The notes under the pieces: model-generated
The model's database searches: none
What the model saw: the letters and a program-made list of their open reading frames with translations, nothing else
What the model was told of the DNA's origin: nothing
Source of the DNA: Amphiscolops sp. MND2022
Lineage: Eukaryota
Assembly (NCBI GenBank): GCA_964187785.1
Contig: OZ076416.1
Coordinates: 32,922,001-32,986,000, forward strand
Direction: 5' to 3'
Length of the DNA: 64,000 nucleotides
Shown: one piece after another, positions 23,208-33,900 of the stretch
How the letters are laid out: each line of letters opens with the position of its first letter
Numbering within the stretch: position 1 is the first letter of the stretch
Program-made: the position numbers and the translations under genes

Positions 23208-23877
23208 ACGAGAATACTTAGTCATCTCCAAAAGAACCCTAAAACAACTCGAGGACTTGAAACTCTTAAACACTCTTAATTTCCTTTTGTTATTTATGTT
23301 GATTTAATTTTCAGTTGATACCTTGAAAATGTCATGCAAACTCTTTAATCTCATTGTTTGATGTTTATGCTTTGACAAATGCCTTAAACAATTGATGCTT
23401 TCATTTTGTTGACATGAATGAACATATGCACTCATTAACTTCGGAGCTAGAATAACGTGACGTCTTTTCTGAACTAATTTCGTGAACATAACGCCATTGA
23501 CACTTTACTGTGTGAGTTTAGTAACGATGAGTATGCGTCATTATGCGGTAATCCGGGTAACGCATATGCGGTACCATGCGGATTCTAACTTATAACATGT
23601 TTTATTGGTGCTTTTAATAAACTTTGATCATACGTCACCATGCGGAAAACCGAATGACGTATATGCGGCATTCGGCAGTTTCCCAGGGACTTGTTGCTTT
23701 AGCATAGTTAGATTATTGGAAGTCATGCAATTACTATTTGTAAGTTATAAATAGAATTACGTCACCCTGACGTAAGTCTATTTATAGTATTTTTGGATTG
23801 ATGACAACCCTAAAATTGAGTGTCATGCTTTGTGATTTTTTCATTTGTAAAAGTGCAGTTTACTTCAGTTGAAATAT

Positions 23878-23898
23878 ATTATTATTATTATTATTATT
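23878..23898 (-). repeat. (AAT)7 3' tail of the CR1-type LINE
   Basis: ATT x7 on the + strand, ~50 bp past the ORF2 stop. Confidence 0.8.
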
Positions 23899-23949
23899 AA
23901 AAGACTCAATTCACAATTAAGGAATTACAATAGTAATGATTATGAATGA

Positions 23950-26787
23950 TTATGAACGGCAAGTCTTACAAAAACATTTTATATAGAACGAGCAAGAGTT
24001 ATTCAAGCTAAAAGACTGCAATTTATTTTCAAAGTAGGCATCGAGACGCTTAACAAAAAGGCAATAAGGCATTTCAAAGTTGATAACACCTAATCTAATA
24101 AGTTCATTAGAAGCGCGTTTTGAACGGGGGAAGAAGCCATCGTTCGTTTTGAATTTATGGTTATGTTTGAGTTCAAATAGTTTTAGAGTGCCAGATCGTG
24201 TACAGCTGGATTTGTAGGTGAAATCATGCGGAATAATCACTCTCTTGTTGATGATTTTCCATAGTAGTAAAATGTCGATTCGTTGTACCTGGAAACAAAT
24301 TGGCAACAGCTTTAGTGATACAAGAGAGGATACATAATCATTTGAACGAAACACCCATTTCACAGCTCTACTGTTAAATTTTTCCAATTTTCTAAGGCCT
24401 TCAATAGAAGCACACCAACATGGTGAGGCATATAGTAGAATAGAAATTATGCAGGACTGATATAATTGCTTTTTGCGTTGAATTGATATCCCAAAAGGTA
24501 AGTTTCGTCTAAGAAAGTTGAGAACACGAGTGCATTTTGCAATTTGGCAATCAATATGAAGACCCCAGTTTAAATTTTTATCTATGGTAAGGCCGAGATC
24601 AACCACATTTTGAGCTTCTTTAAGGGGAGTTCCTTGCAATACGAGATTGTATTTTCCCGAGTTAAATGGTAAATAGAGACATTTCGTTGGATGGAAATGC
24701 TGACCATTAACTTCGGACCATGATGATAGGCTGTTAATATCGCATTGAATGAATTCGGAGATGGATAATGAATACAATTTGAAATCATCGCAAAACATAA
24801 AGTAATGACTATAATTTACTTCATCGGGAAGGTCATTAACAAAAATAACGAAAAACAGAGGGCCCAGTACGCTACCTTGAGGAACCCCAGAAGTCACATC
24901 AATTACATCAGAGAGCATACCATTGACCTTTACACATTGCTTCCGATTTGTGAGATAGGATGTGATAAGTTCAATAAATGCGTTATCAAAGCCAAATAAT
25001 TGCAGTTTATAAATAAGAACATGGTGAGGAACAGTATCAAAGGCCTTTTTAACGTCAAAATAGACGCTAACAGATGGGGTATTGTTATCAATTGATTTGT
25101 AGACATGGTCTAAATAAGAGACAAGTTGGCTAACAGTATTTCTATGCTTCATGAAGCCATATTGCTGAGCTTTGATGAAATGACACACCCGAGGATAAAT
25201 AAAATCAAATAGAAGTCTTTCACAAACTAAGGACAGTTTTGGCAAATTGCTAATAGGACGATAATTCGTGACATCATTAGTGGAACCACTCTTGTGGAGA
25301 GGGGTAACAAAAGCAATTTTCCAGCAGTCAGGCCATTTTCTACTTGAAAAAATATAATGAAATAATTCTATAACAGCTGGTGCAAGTAAATTGAAGCAGT
25401 TGTTTAAGACGAAGGATGGTAATTCGTCGCAACCTATTGAGCTACTGTCCGGACATTTGCGAAGCAGGGCTTCTACATTAGCTAAAGAAAAATTTACGTC
25501 ATTAAGGCAAAGTGATTGGGTGCCTAATTGGTTTTGAGCATACAGTGATTTAGGGCTAAATGTAGACCCGAAAAATTTGTTGAATAAGTTGGCTTTTTCG
25601 TAGTCTGTAGAGGCTGAAACATCTTTGAATTTCATAATTGATGGTATATGACTACCGTTTTTAAGAGAACGAATAAGTTTAAAGCAGCTATTCGGCGAGT
25701 CCAGATTTAGTTTGTCAGCAAAACAAAGCTTATCAAGTTCAATTGAATCATTTATCTCCTGGGACAAAAACTTTTGCTTGTTTGCAAGGGCAGAGTTGAA
25801 GGGATGACGTGACATTTTTCTGTTGTTTGTCCGGCTTTGATTAAGGAGATGCATTGTATGAGATGAAAAGTAGAAGGGAGCATTGATTCGACGTGACCGT
25901 TTTGTAGCAATTGATAGAGATACTGCATTTTTAACAAGCCCATACCAAGAAGAAATGAAATCAGGGTTCTGAGTAGAGTAACTGGTGAACAGATTGTACA
26001 GAGGGTCGAGATGCTGCGAAAATATGTCAGGTCTAAATGTGTTTTTAGAGATAGAACAGGTAGAGGGCTCCCAAATATTAGATTGTTCAACTTGAAAAAG
26101 AACGGGGTAATGATCAGAAAATCGAGTATTGTAAACTGAATAGCAGAGTTCGTCACATGTGGAAAAAAGGAGGTCAAGAGTGTTTCCCTTAATATGAGTA
26201 GGTACAGTTATAAATTGATTCAGTCCAAGATCGGCAACCAGATCCAAAAATTCCATGTCAGTAGACTGACTAGAAGATAGGTTAACCCAATTAATCTTTG
26301 GAAGGTTAAAGTCACCAACAACGTAAATTACATATGGGATATTAGTACCACGTTTTTCACGAAAGGATGTGAAAATTTTATAGTATTCATGCAAGCAATT
26401 AGACAGAGTAGGCAAAGCAACTTGAAATTTTGGCGTTTGCGGATTGTAAATAACAATAAAATAATTCAGACAATGATCGTCAATAATAACGCAGCCGCCT
26501 GAAAAGTGATATCGTTTAATAGATAAATTCACAATTTTGTGAAACAATGATAAAGAGGATGCAGTCAAGAGTCCACCATGTTCACCTGATTCCCTTTCAT
26601 TTCTGTTGACAACTTTGAAATTATTACCGAGGAAGATTTCTGTTTCGGGTATATCGGATGTAAGCCAGGTTTCAGTAAGGAACATTAGGGAAATATTTTC
26701 AGTAAACACCAGTGAAAGTAACGCTTGTCGTTTTTCAAGAGAACAAATTGATTGGCAGTTCAGTATAAGACAATTTACCTTATCCAG
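23950..26787 (-). CDS. LINE ORF2: AP endonuclease + reverse transcriptase, uninterrupted
   Basis: 919 aa plus 26 upstream in-frame codons. LTETW, GDFN, LDLLF, SDH (APE); YRPIS, FDVKKAFD, GVPQGSVLGP, FCDD (RT). Confidence 0.93.
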   Translation of the reverse strand: MDKVNCLILNCQSICSLEKRQALLSLVFTENISLMFLTETWLTSDIPETEIFLGNNFKVVNRNERESGEHGGLLTASSLSLFHKIVNLSIKRYHFSGGCVIIDDHCLNYFIVIYNPQTPKFQVALPTLSNCLHEYYKIFTSFREKRGTNIPYVIYVVGDFNLPKINWVNLSSSQSTDMEFLDLVADLGLNQFITVPTHIKGNTLDLLFSTCDELCYSVYNTRFSDHYPVLFQVEQSNIWEPSTCSISKNTFRPDIFSQHLDPLYNLFTSYSTQNPDFISSWYGLVKNAVSLSIATKRSRRINAPFYFSSHTMHLLNQSRTNNRKMSRHPFNSALANKQKFLSQEINDSIELDKLCFADKLNLDSPNSCFKLIRSLKNGSHIPSIMKFKDVSASTDYEKANLFNKFFGSTFSPKSLYAQNQLGTQSLCLNDVNFSLANVEALLRKCPDSSSIGCDELPSFVLNNCFNLLAPAVIELFHYIFSSRKWPDCWKIAFVTPLHKSGSTNDVTNYRPISNLPKLSLVCERLLFDFIYPRVCHFIKAQQYGFMKHRNTVSQLVSYLDHVYKSIDNNTPSVSVYFDVKKAFDTVPHHVLIYKLQLFGFDNAFIELITSYLTNRKQCVKVNGMLSDVIDVTSGVPQGSVLGPLFFVIFVNDLPDEVNYSHYFMFCDDFKLYSLSISEFIQCDINSLSSWSEVNGQHFHPTKCLYLPFNSGKYNLVLQGTPLKEAQNVVDLGLTIDKNLNWGLHIDCQIAKCTRVLNFLRRNLPFGISIQRKKQLYQSCIISILLYASPCWCASIEGLRKLEKFNSRAVKWVFRSNDYVSSLVSLKLLPICFQVQRIDILLLWKIINKRVIIPHDFTYKSSCTRSGTLKLFELKHNHKFKTNDGFFPRSKRASNELIRLGVINFEMPYCLFVKRLDAYFENKLQSFSLNNSCSFYIKCFCKTCRS

Positions 26788-26957
26788 TCATGCACTTTCA
26801 ACTTCAACCTTTTCACCTTGGTAGAAGAGTTGTAGTTTCTTGATTTTAAATTGAGATTTATCTTTGCCTTGGTTAGCAATCATATCGTAACGTTTTGCCA
26901 GAATTTTCTTTTCAAGTGCCCGATCATCAGGTGACAACAGTTTTTTAATGTAAACGG

Positions 26958-27206
26958 GATATCCCAAAAGGTAAGTTTCGTCTAAGAAAGTTGAGAACAC
27001 GAGTGCATTTTGCAATTTGGCAATCAATATGAAGACCCCAGTTTAAATTTTTATCTATGGTAAGGCCGAGATCAACCACATTTTGAGCTTCTTTAAGGGG
27101 AGTTCCTTGCAATACGAGATTGTATTTTCCCGAGTTAAATGGTAAATAGAGACATTTCGTTGGATGGAAATGCTGACCATTAACTTCGGACCATGATGAT
27201 AGGCTG
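26958..27206 (-). repeat. 249-bp exact duplicate of RT segment 24485-24733 fused to the LINE 5' end
   Basis: GATATCCCAAAAGGTAAG...GATGATAGGCTG is present at both positions, with no difference found by eye. Confidence 0.9.
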
Positions 27207-27358
27207 GTACCAAAGACAGTTGCTCTGTAACAGTAAACCCAAACACTGTAAAAGCAGTTTCCTTGATAACTCTTTGTTTCACCTGAATTGTTTTCACAAC
27301 ATTGAAGAATAAATTCAAATTCTTTCTGCACCTCAACCCAATTTTTCTCTTGAGCAAG

Positions 27359-28534
27359 ATGGGAAATAGAAGAAATCGAAGGTCCAGAAGGTTAGAAACT
27401 CCGTCCCCAGAGAGAGAGGCAGGCGAAGTACGCATAGAAACTCCAAGTCAAGGTAATAAAACTTTAACTAATGTTAATTCACAAAGTCAAGAAAGTTTAG
27501 GTGAAACTGATTTGAGACCTAGACTAGTTGAACCCAGCCAAGTCAGTAATGAAATTCAAGCTTGGACCGAGATTTTAGAACAGAAAAACAACGATAGAAT
27601 CACTAAAATGAGAGAAGAAATGGAGAACAAATTAGATGCGATTCTGATGGAGATAAAAACCAGTAAAGGCACGTCTATGACAACTAATCCTAGATCTGAG
27701 ATGAATGAAATAGAAAACATGCAACCATCGGGATCCAAGGGTAAAAGGTCTATGGGAGTAAACGCATCTGATAACGAAAGTATAGACTCTGAAAACGAAG
27801 ATATCCCCCTCAAAGCCTCAGAAATGAGAGATTTAAGGCATCCCGCTAAACCTATACACCAAAATGATACAACATTAGATGCAACAGTTATCTTTAACGA
27901 AGAATCCGATGAGGAGGATTATCACATGGTGACAAGAGCCAACAAACCACTCCATAGACAAAGCTCTCAAAATACCCCACTTCTAAACGACACCTTAGGA
28001 TCCCACGCAGACCGCAACACTTCAACATCCACAACAAAACCACTTGACCCGGTCAACCAAATTGCCCAGGCTATAGAAAAACTAGCCAATAAAAACTCAC
28101 AACAATCCCTATTTCACCCTAAAAACACACTCACATTCAATGGAAAAAACGAAAAAAATGAAAAATTCGAATATTTCGAGGACCTATTCCACACAACCCT
28201 CAAAATGCAGCCAAATCTCACAGAAGAAATGAAGATCAACCACTTTCATGCACATCTCAGAGGATTGGCGTTAAAAACCTTCAAAAACATCCAGAGAACA
28301 CCCACAACAACACTGGAAGACATCCTAAAAGTTTTCCGCCGAAAGTACGTCAAACCAGAATCAAGTGCTTCGGCAAAACATAGATTTCACCGACTAACAT
28401 TTGATCCAGAAAACCAAAAGCTACCTGATTTTCTTGAGGATTTACAAGAAAGCGCAGAAAAAGCTTTCGGTGACAATGCACACCATATGATAGAGAATCT
28501 ACTCTACGCCAAGATGCCACCGCATCTTAAAAAA
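27359..28534 (+). mobile_element. LTR-retrotransposon (Gypsy-type) gag, truncated by an assembly gap
   Basis: ORF MGNRRNRR.. with capsid-like FNGKNEKNEKFEYFEDLF..KINHFHAHLRGLALKTF..KLPDFLEDL, running into the Ns. Confidence 0.7.
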
Positions 28535-28734
28535 NNNNNNNNNNNNNNNNNNNNNNNNNNNNNNNNNNNNNNNNNNNNNNNNNNNNNNNNNNNNNNNNNN
28601 NNNNNNNNNNNNNNNNNNNNNNNNNNNNNNNNNNNNNNNNNNNNNNNNNNNNNNNNNNNNNNNNNNNNNNNNNNNNNNNNNNNNNNNNNNNNNNNNNNNN
28701 NNNNNNNNNNNNNNNNNNNNNNNNNNNNNNNNNN
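28535..28734. other. Assembly gap (200 N)
   Basis: Run of N. Contiguity across it is not guaranteed. Confidence 1.
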
Positions 28735-28739
28735 GTCTA

Positions 28740-29480
28740 AAAATCTCTTCTAATTTGATCTAATTCGAGAAAAAAAATAAGTCAATTAGGATCTAAAACT
28801 AAAAAGTGATATAAAGTATAAAACGTGCCTCGGAAATGTCCCCATTTCCTCCAGTTCCCAGCGCCCCCTTGGGGTCGCTTATATTCCCATCTTGCAGGTG
28901 GGCGGAAGTAGGTCGAAGGAACGGGATCAAAAATTAGAGTTAGTCCTCAGGTCAACATACCAACTTTTTGAATGGGATCGAAACAACTCGTATCGGAATT
29001 TTATAACGTGGTCAGATATGTTCACATACCCCTAGTGCCCTGAATGCAGGAGCGAAGCGAAGCGGAGCGACGTGCCATATCCTCATGCCTCAATGATGCT
29101 ACTTGGCGAAAGGAGCGAAGTGACCAAGCCATACAACAAATACGATAAAATTCGACCGCATTCCATTCAATCCCTGCAATTCGATCTAAAGGTTCGACCT
29201 CTGTCCTTTCGACCTGAAAAATTCGACCTGTTTACAGCCACCCCCATCTTGCTAAGCGAGGTCGAACAGGAGCAAAGACCTAGCGGGAACGGAGATTGCG
29301 ACGGTGGGGGCGAGCGTGCATACATCGCACATGCCCCACATTATATTTTCGCTTTCAGAACACATATTAGATCATGAAGGAGTTACACCTAAGTATTTTA
29401 GATAGAATTAGATCTGAAAGTTAGACCTAACAGTTAGATCAAATTCCATTAGACCCGCGGCAATTAGATCAAAGGCGTAC
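28740..29480 (+). repeat. Interspersed repeat family B; an inverted, diverged copy lies at ~57300-57830
   Basis: CCCATCTTGCTAAGCGAGGTCGAACAGGAGCAAAGACC (~29243-29280) is the reverse complement of ~57570-57607. Other blocks (28815-28855 vs 57640-57680) also match. Rich in TTCGAC and TTAGA(T/C)C motifs and has GAGCGAAGCGA. Confidence 0.7.
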
Positions 29481-30214
29481 TGTAACGGAAAGCGCTTAGC
29501 GTTTATCCGCTACGCAGGGCGGAGGAACTGAAGTCATAGGTAATGATCCGGGACTGATCGCCATGATTCCAGTTCATTTTGTCCTCCTAGGGAGTGCCGG
29601 TCCCGAGAAGGGAGAACCGTCTCTAAGGATGCTTTCTGACCGGTTCCGGTCTGTAACTGCTCCTAGTCACATGAAATACGCTTTTTTCCTCGTATCCACT
29701 GTGTAAATAGCCGGTAAAAATTATGTTAGGCTGCACAGAACTGAATTAAATGGCCCAGATGGAAATCCATCAAAATGACATTAACTTTTACAGAGGTAGC
29801 TCTCGAGTAAAGAATTCATCAAACAACTAATTAACACGTCAAAAGGGCATGAAAATCCAGTTTGGCAAGTCTAAAATCACGCTGGGTGGCATGGCACTGG
29901 TTCTTGGGTTCGACACAACTCTAAGTCCTGGCGCTGCAATCACTCGGACATGCTGATTCCGTCTGATTTTCGATGGATACCGTGGGAATTAGAGCATAGG
30001 CTTACGATTTTTTGATTTCGTGACGTTGTACGCACTTCTCTTGTCGTTGTGTCAATTTTTTTTCATTTCGCGGGCCTTGTCAATCCACGCTCTCTATGTT
30101 TTTGCGGGACTGGTACTTCGTGAACACATGTTTGAGGGCCACGTCACTTTTGAACGAAATTTTCAGAAAATCGTCAAACTTCGAAAATTTCGTCGGTCAC
30201 AGGGTGCCGTTACA
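29481..30214 (-). repeat. 3' LTR of the giant Gypsy
   Basis: TGTAACGG...CCGTTACA termini; colinear with 51800-52514. Confidence 0.9.
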
Positions 30215-30224
30215 TCCACTCCCT
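30215..30224 (-). other. Polypurine tract
   Basis: The minus strand reads AGGGAGTGGA immediately before the 3' LTR TGTAACGG. Confidence 0.7.
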
Positions 30225-30993
30225 GGGCTCCTGGCTTGTCGTCCCTGGCAAGCATCGGGGGTTTTCGTCTGAAGGCAGGATAATGCCCATGCTGTGGATA
30301 CATCTTGAAGTTGATGTGCCGTTGCATAGAACAGCCACTTTTGAGACATTGCCTTTTCGGATCTTATCGCAACTTTACTACAAGACCTACTATTTTTTAC
30401 AAAAAATTGAAACGTTCGTAGCACCAGCTCGAGAGCTTGCGCTTCTAAGGTGGCTTAAGCCATTTTTATCATTGGTGAGGACTAAAATGCCTTTTGCGTC
30501 AAGTGCCTGCTAAAATGTCTTTGTCTCATTTTTTGTAGAGATCTATTTTTTGCACTTTTCGTTTAAAACATCTTTTCTCAGGAGCGTATAAGCTCCGTTC
30601 ACAAACAGACAGTCGATAGAGTGTACAAGACTCAGCTAAAGGGTATCAATTGGAGTTTGAAAGATTTTTTGGCTTGACTGTGCCTCCGCACCTAGTTTTT
30701 TTTTGACAACGCCAAAGGCGTTTGTTGAAAGAAAACTTTGTTAGCTTGATAATTTTTTTTCTCAAGAGCTTTATTATCGTAATGCTAGCACAAGGGGCAG
30801 GCGCACTCTATGACCATACACCCGAGGCATAAATTTGAATCAAACTGTCTAACTAACAACAGTTAACTAAAATTGCACCAATTGAAAGCAGCATCGTAAA
30901 AAGGCTATGAGGTTTTTTGGAGTTTTCATTGCGGAAGGCCCAGCTTCCCTTGATTGATTGATAAAGTTTCAGGTTCGTTAAAACGTCGACAGT

Positions 30994-33900
30994 TCATTGA
31001 ATAGCAGATTTGTTCCTGCTTCGAGGAGAGACTTCTCTTGGAGGTGAGGCATCGCTCACTGACGCTCGTCGGACTGGCGAAGGCACAACAGTTTCGACAT
31101 CGGTATCAATAGTGAGATCACCGATGGGTTCTGCCAGCTCTACATTTGGGGTCAACTCTGCTGCATGTTCTCCAGAAGGACTAGGAGTTACAGGCATAGC
31201 TGTGTTATCTGCTGTAACTTCCGCTTCATTGGTATTAGCTTGTACCGTCAATGGTTGCTCCAATGACATCGCCATAGTAGGAGGCTGTGACTGTTGTGGC
31301 GCATATCGAGCAACGCGTTCTTCTTCAGCACGGTGGTTGGCTGCCAGGGTTACACGCTTTGATACCCAGTCAGCTTGCTTCCAGAGTGCGCAAGCTTGTT
31401 TCCATACGTCGAAATTGCTGACTTCCAGTTTGAGGCATTCCTCGTCCCATTCGGCGCGCATTTCTGCGCCTAACACCTAGTTCACTATGTCCAATAACGA
31501 CAACGGCATATCTCCGGACATGATCATGCGTCCTTGTGGGCGCCAAGCAGGCTCGTATAGTAAGGGGGCCATTCTACGTGACAGGTTGCGATCACGCACT
31601 GATGCCGCCACGTGAATCCATTTGGGTACATTGGCCACGTCTAAGTGCCGTAGTTGGTGATCCAGTAATTCCTTCCCGCGTCCAGTTGGGCGTGCGCGAG
31701 GGTAGCCTACTGGTTCTTTCCAGTAGCGATTGGGTACCTGGATGAATTTAAACTTCTAGTCCGATCGGACTTGCGGGCTAAGCTGCAAGCAGGGAATTAT
31801 CACTGTCTTGATAAAGTTTGACGACCAAGGAAACCGGAATGGTTGTCCATTTAAATCAACGGGAGCATTATACCAATTGATGGGACCGTATTCCCTTGGT
31901 AAGACGGCGGCTTTGCGCGAACGGGCACGGACAACACCCATCATATTATCCTCCACTTGTTGCTCAGTCTTGACAGTGGTATACGCTTGGGGTACTTCGC
32001 CACTGTAGGTTTCTCGTATCATTTGTGCATAGCTCATAGGCGGGCTTCCCTGAAGGTACGTGAAGATGGATACCGTTGCAACATGCACTGCTAAGGATAC
32101 TGGCTTGGTTGGATAGCGTAGTAGTCCAAGAGCTCCAAAGATTGGAATTAAAACGGGAGCTACCACTGGAACTAGGTCCTCTACTTCGGCTAGCGTCAGG
32201 TCAGCCAATTGTTGCGGCATCGGAAAACCCGGGTTTTCACGAGGCAATCGCGAGTCCGGATCGTGTGGGGATTGAGCTTAGTCCACTCCTACAAATAATC
32301 CTGATGCATAGATCAGTGTGGAATAGAGCCAGTGTTGCACGGAAGCTCTCATTTGGAACAAATGCTCCGTGTAGTTGTGCCCGTTTGGTGTGAAGAGAAT
32401 TTCTCCACACCCAAGCAAGCTGGTCGGTTTTCCTTGAGCCAAGAGTAGGTATGTGTAGAATTCTTATACTCCAGTGGATGTGACCAAGTCTACAACAATG
32501 GCTTGCGGTCCAGCTACGAATTTGGTAGGCCCAAGGGCTAGCGCTAGTGCTAACACCTCGTTTACCGAAGTTTTTTTTGCTAAGAGTCACGGCCTCATGG
32601 GCTACAATATGCCTCATGCCCGGTGGCATTTTGATGATTTCTGTGTTGTCTGCGAATTGAATTTGGGGAATGGTCCTTTCGACCTCACAATTAAGTGGTC
32701 ATCGATTCAGTTGATCCCAGACTGCTGCAAGGTCTGCCTTGATGGTGTTGGGATGTGCTTCGCGCACCAGCCAGTTGTATCTGCGCATGTTCTCGCGTTC
32801 TGCGATGGTTGCTTCTGAGCCAATTCGTTTTCCTGTTTCAACTGGTCCAACTGGCAAAAATAATGCGACTGGGTGGAAGTTCACTCTGAGGGCCTTTGGG
32901 AGAGAATAGGGCTATAGCCACCTCTGCCCTTTCAGGCAGTCGCAATAGAGGCATAGTCACAACCAATACGTCAGGAATAACGTTGTCGAGAGGAAGGTTG
33001 CATGGGACCGTTGAATCAACCATTACGCAGTAACGTGTGCGTTGAATTGCCTCTTTCGACATTGGTTTCATTGCTTTCAGGCTTCTAGGGTATTAGCTGT
33101 GGGTTTCCCAGGTTTCACCTGGTCGTATATCTGCCCCTTCGTTTCACCAGCGAATATCTGGCCTTGCATTGTTCATGTAAGTTGTTTTGCATAGGACGAA
33201 GATAATTGTCATGAGTCGTTGTGAGTCGGCTGATTACTCGTTGTTCCCACGCTGCTTCGCCTGTATCGGCGTCGAAGGGGCGCAAAGTTCGTGTCACATG
33301 GACGATTACCGACAGCTTTCGCAGTTGTGCCTGGTGGGTGTTGGTCGGTGGTACTCTTCGGCGGTCACGGTATTGTCGATCGTTTAACTTGGGGGCGACT
33401 TGCCAAATGCGATTAGCATCTCTCGTTACCACGGACCCTGATACATTGTCCGATTGTGAGGAATACGATGGGCCCGTGAAATTCTTCACAGACTTTGCTG
33501 TCGAGGAGCCTGAGTGCATTGAATTGTCGGTGCTCTCTGGCACAGATGCGGGGCTCGGAGCATATCATTCCATCACTTCTTTCATCGTCATCTGGGGTTC
33601 GGAGATGCCATGGTGGCCTACTTCTTTTTGGTTCCTGTATCACCACAGAGCGAAGTACATTGTTTCGCTTGTCTGGCGGAGAACAACTCGTTGGACTATC
33701 ATTGTTGCCAACCAATTGAGCCAGCTCATGTGGCGATGCCCTTTTGCGGCCAAGTTCTTCATCAGATACGGGCGACAATCCAGGTTCTGACGAGGGCGCT
33801 CGATTTCTGGTCGCGGTAGTACTAGGCGTCAGTGGGTCGGTGCTTGGACCTTGACCTTCTCTCGTGGTCAGACAACCCTCTTGTTGTCCCCTGCTTCCTA

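Larger units (their letters stand above)
23878..26957 (-). mobile_element. CR1-type non-LTR retrotransposon 1 (5'-truncated in ORF1)
   Basis: ORF1 C-terminus (26788-26957), intact APE+RT ORF2 and (AAT)n tail. ORF1 and ORF2 align by eye with the PHD-bearing LINE at 52.6-56.3 kb. Confidence 0.88.

Noticed and set aside
23530-23670. Six ATGCG(G) motifs
   Set aside because: No definable ends or TSD; likely a transposon remnant.
24790-24810. FCDD in place of (Y/F)ADD in the LINE 1 RT
   Set aside because: Both catalytic aspartates are kept and the second position is known to vary.
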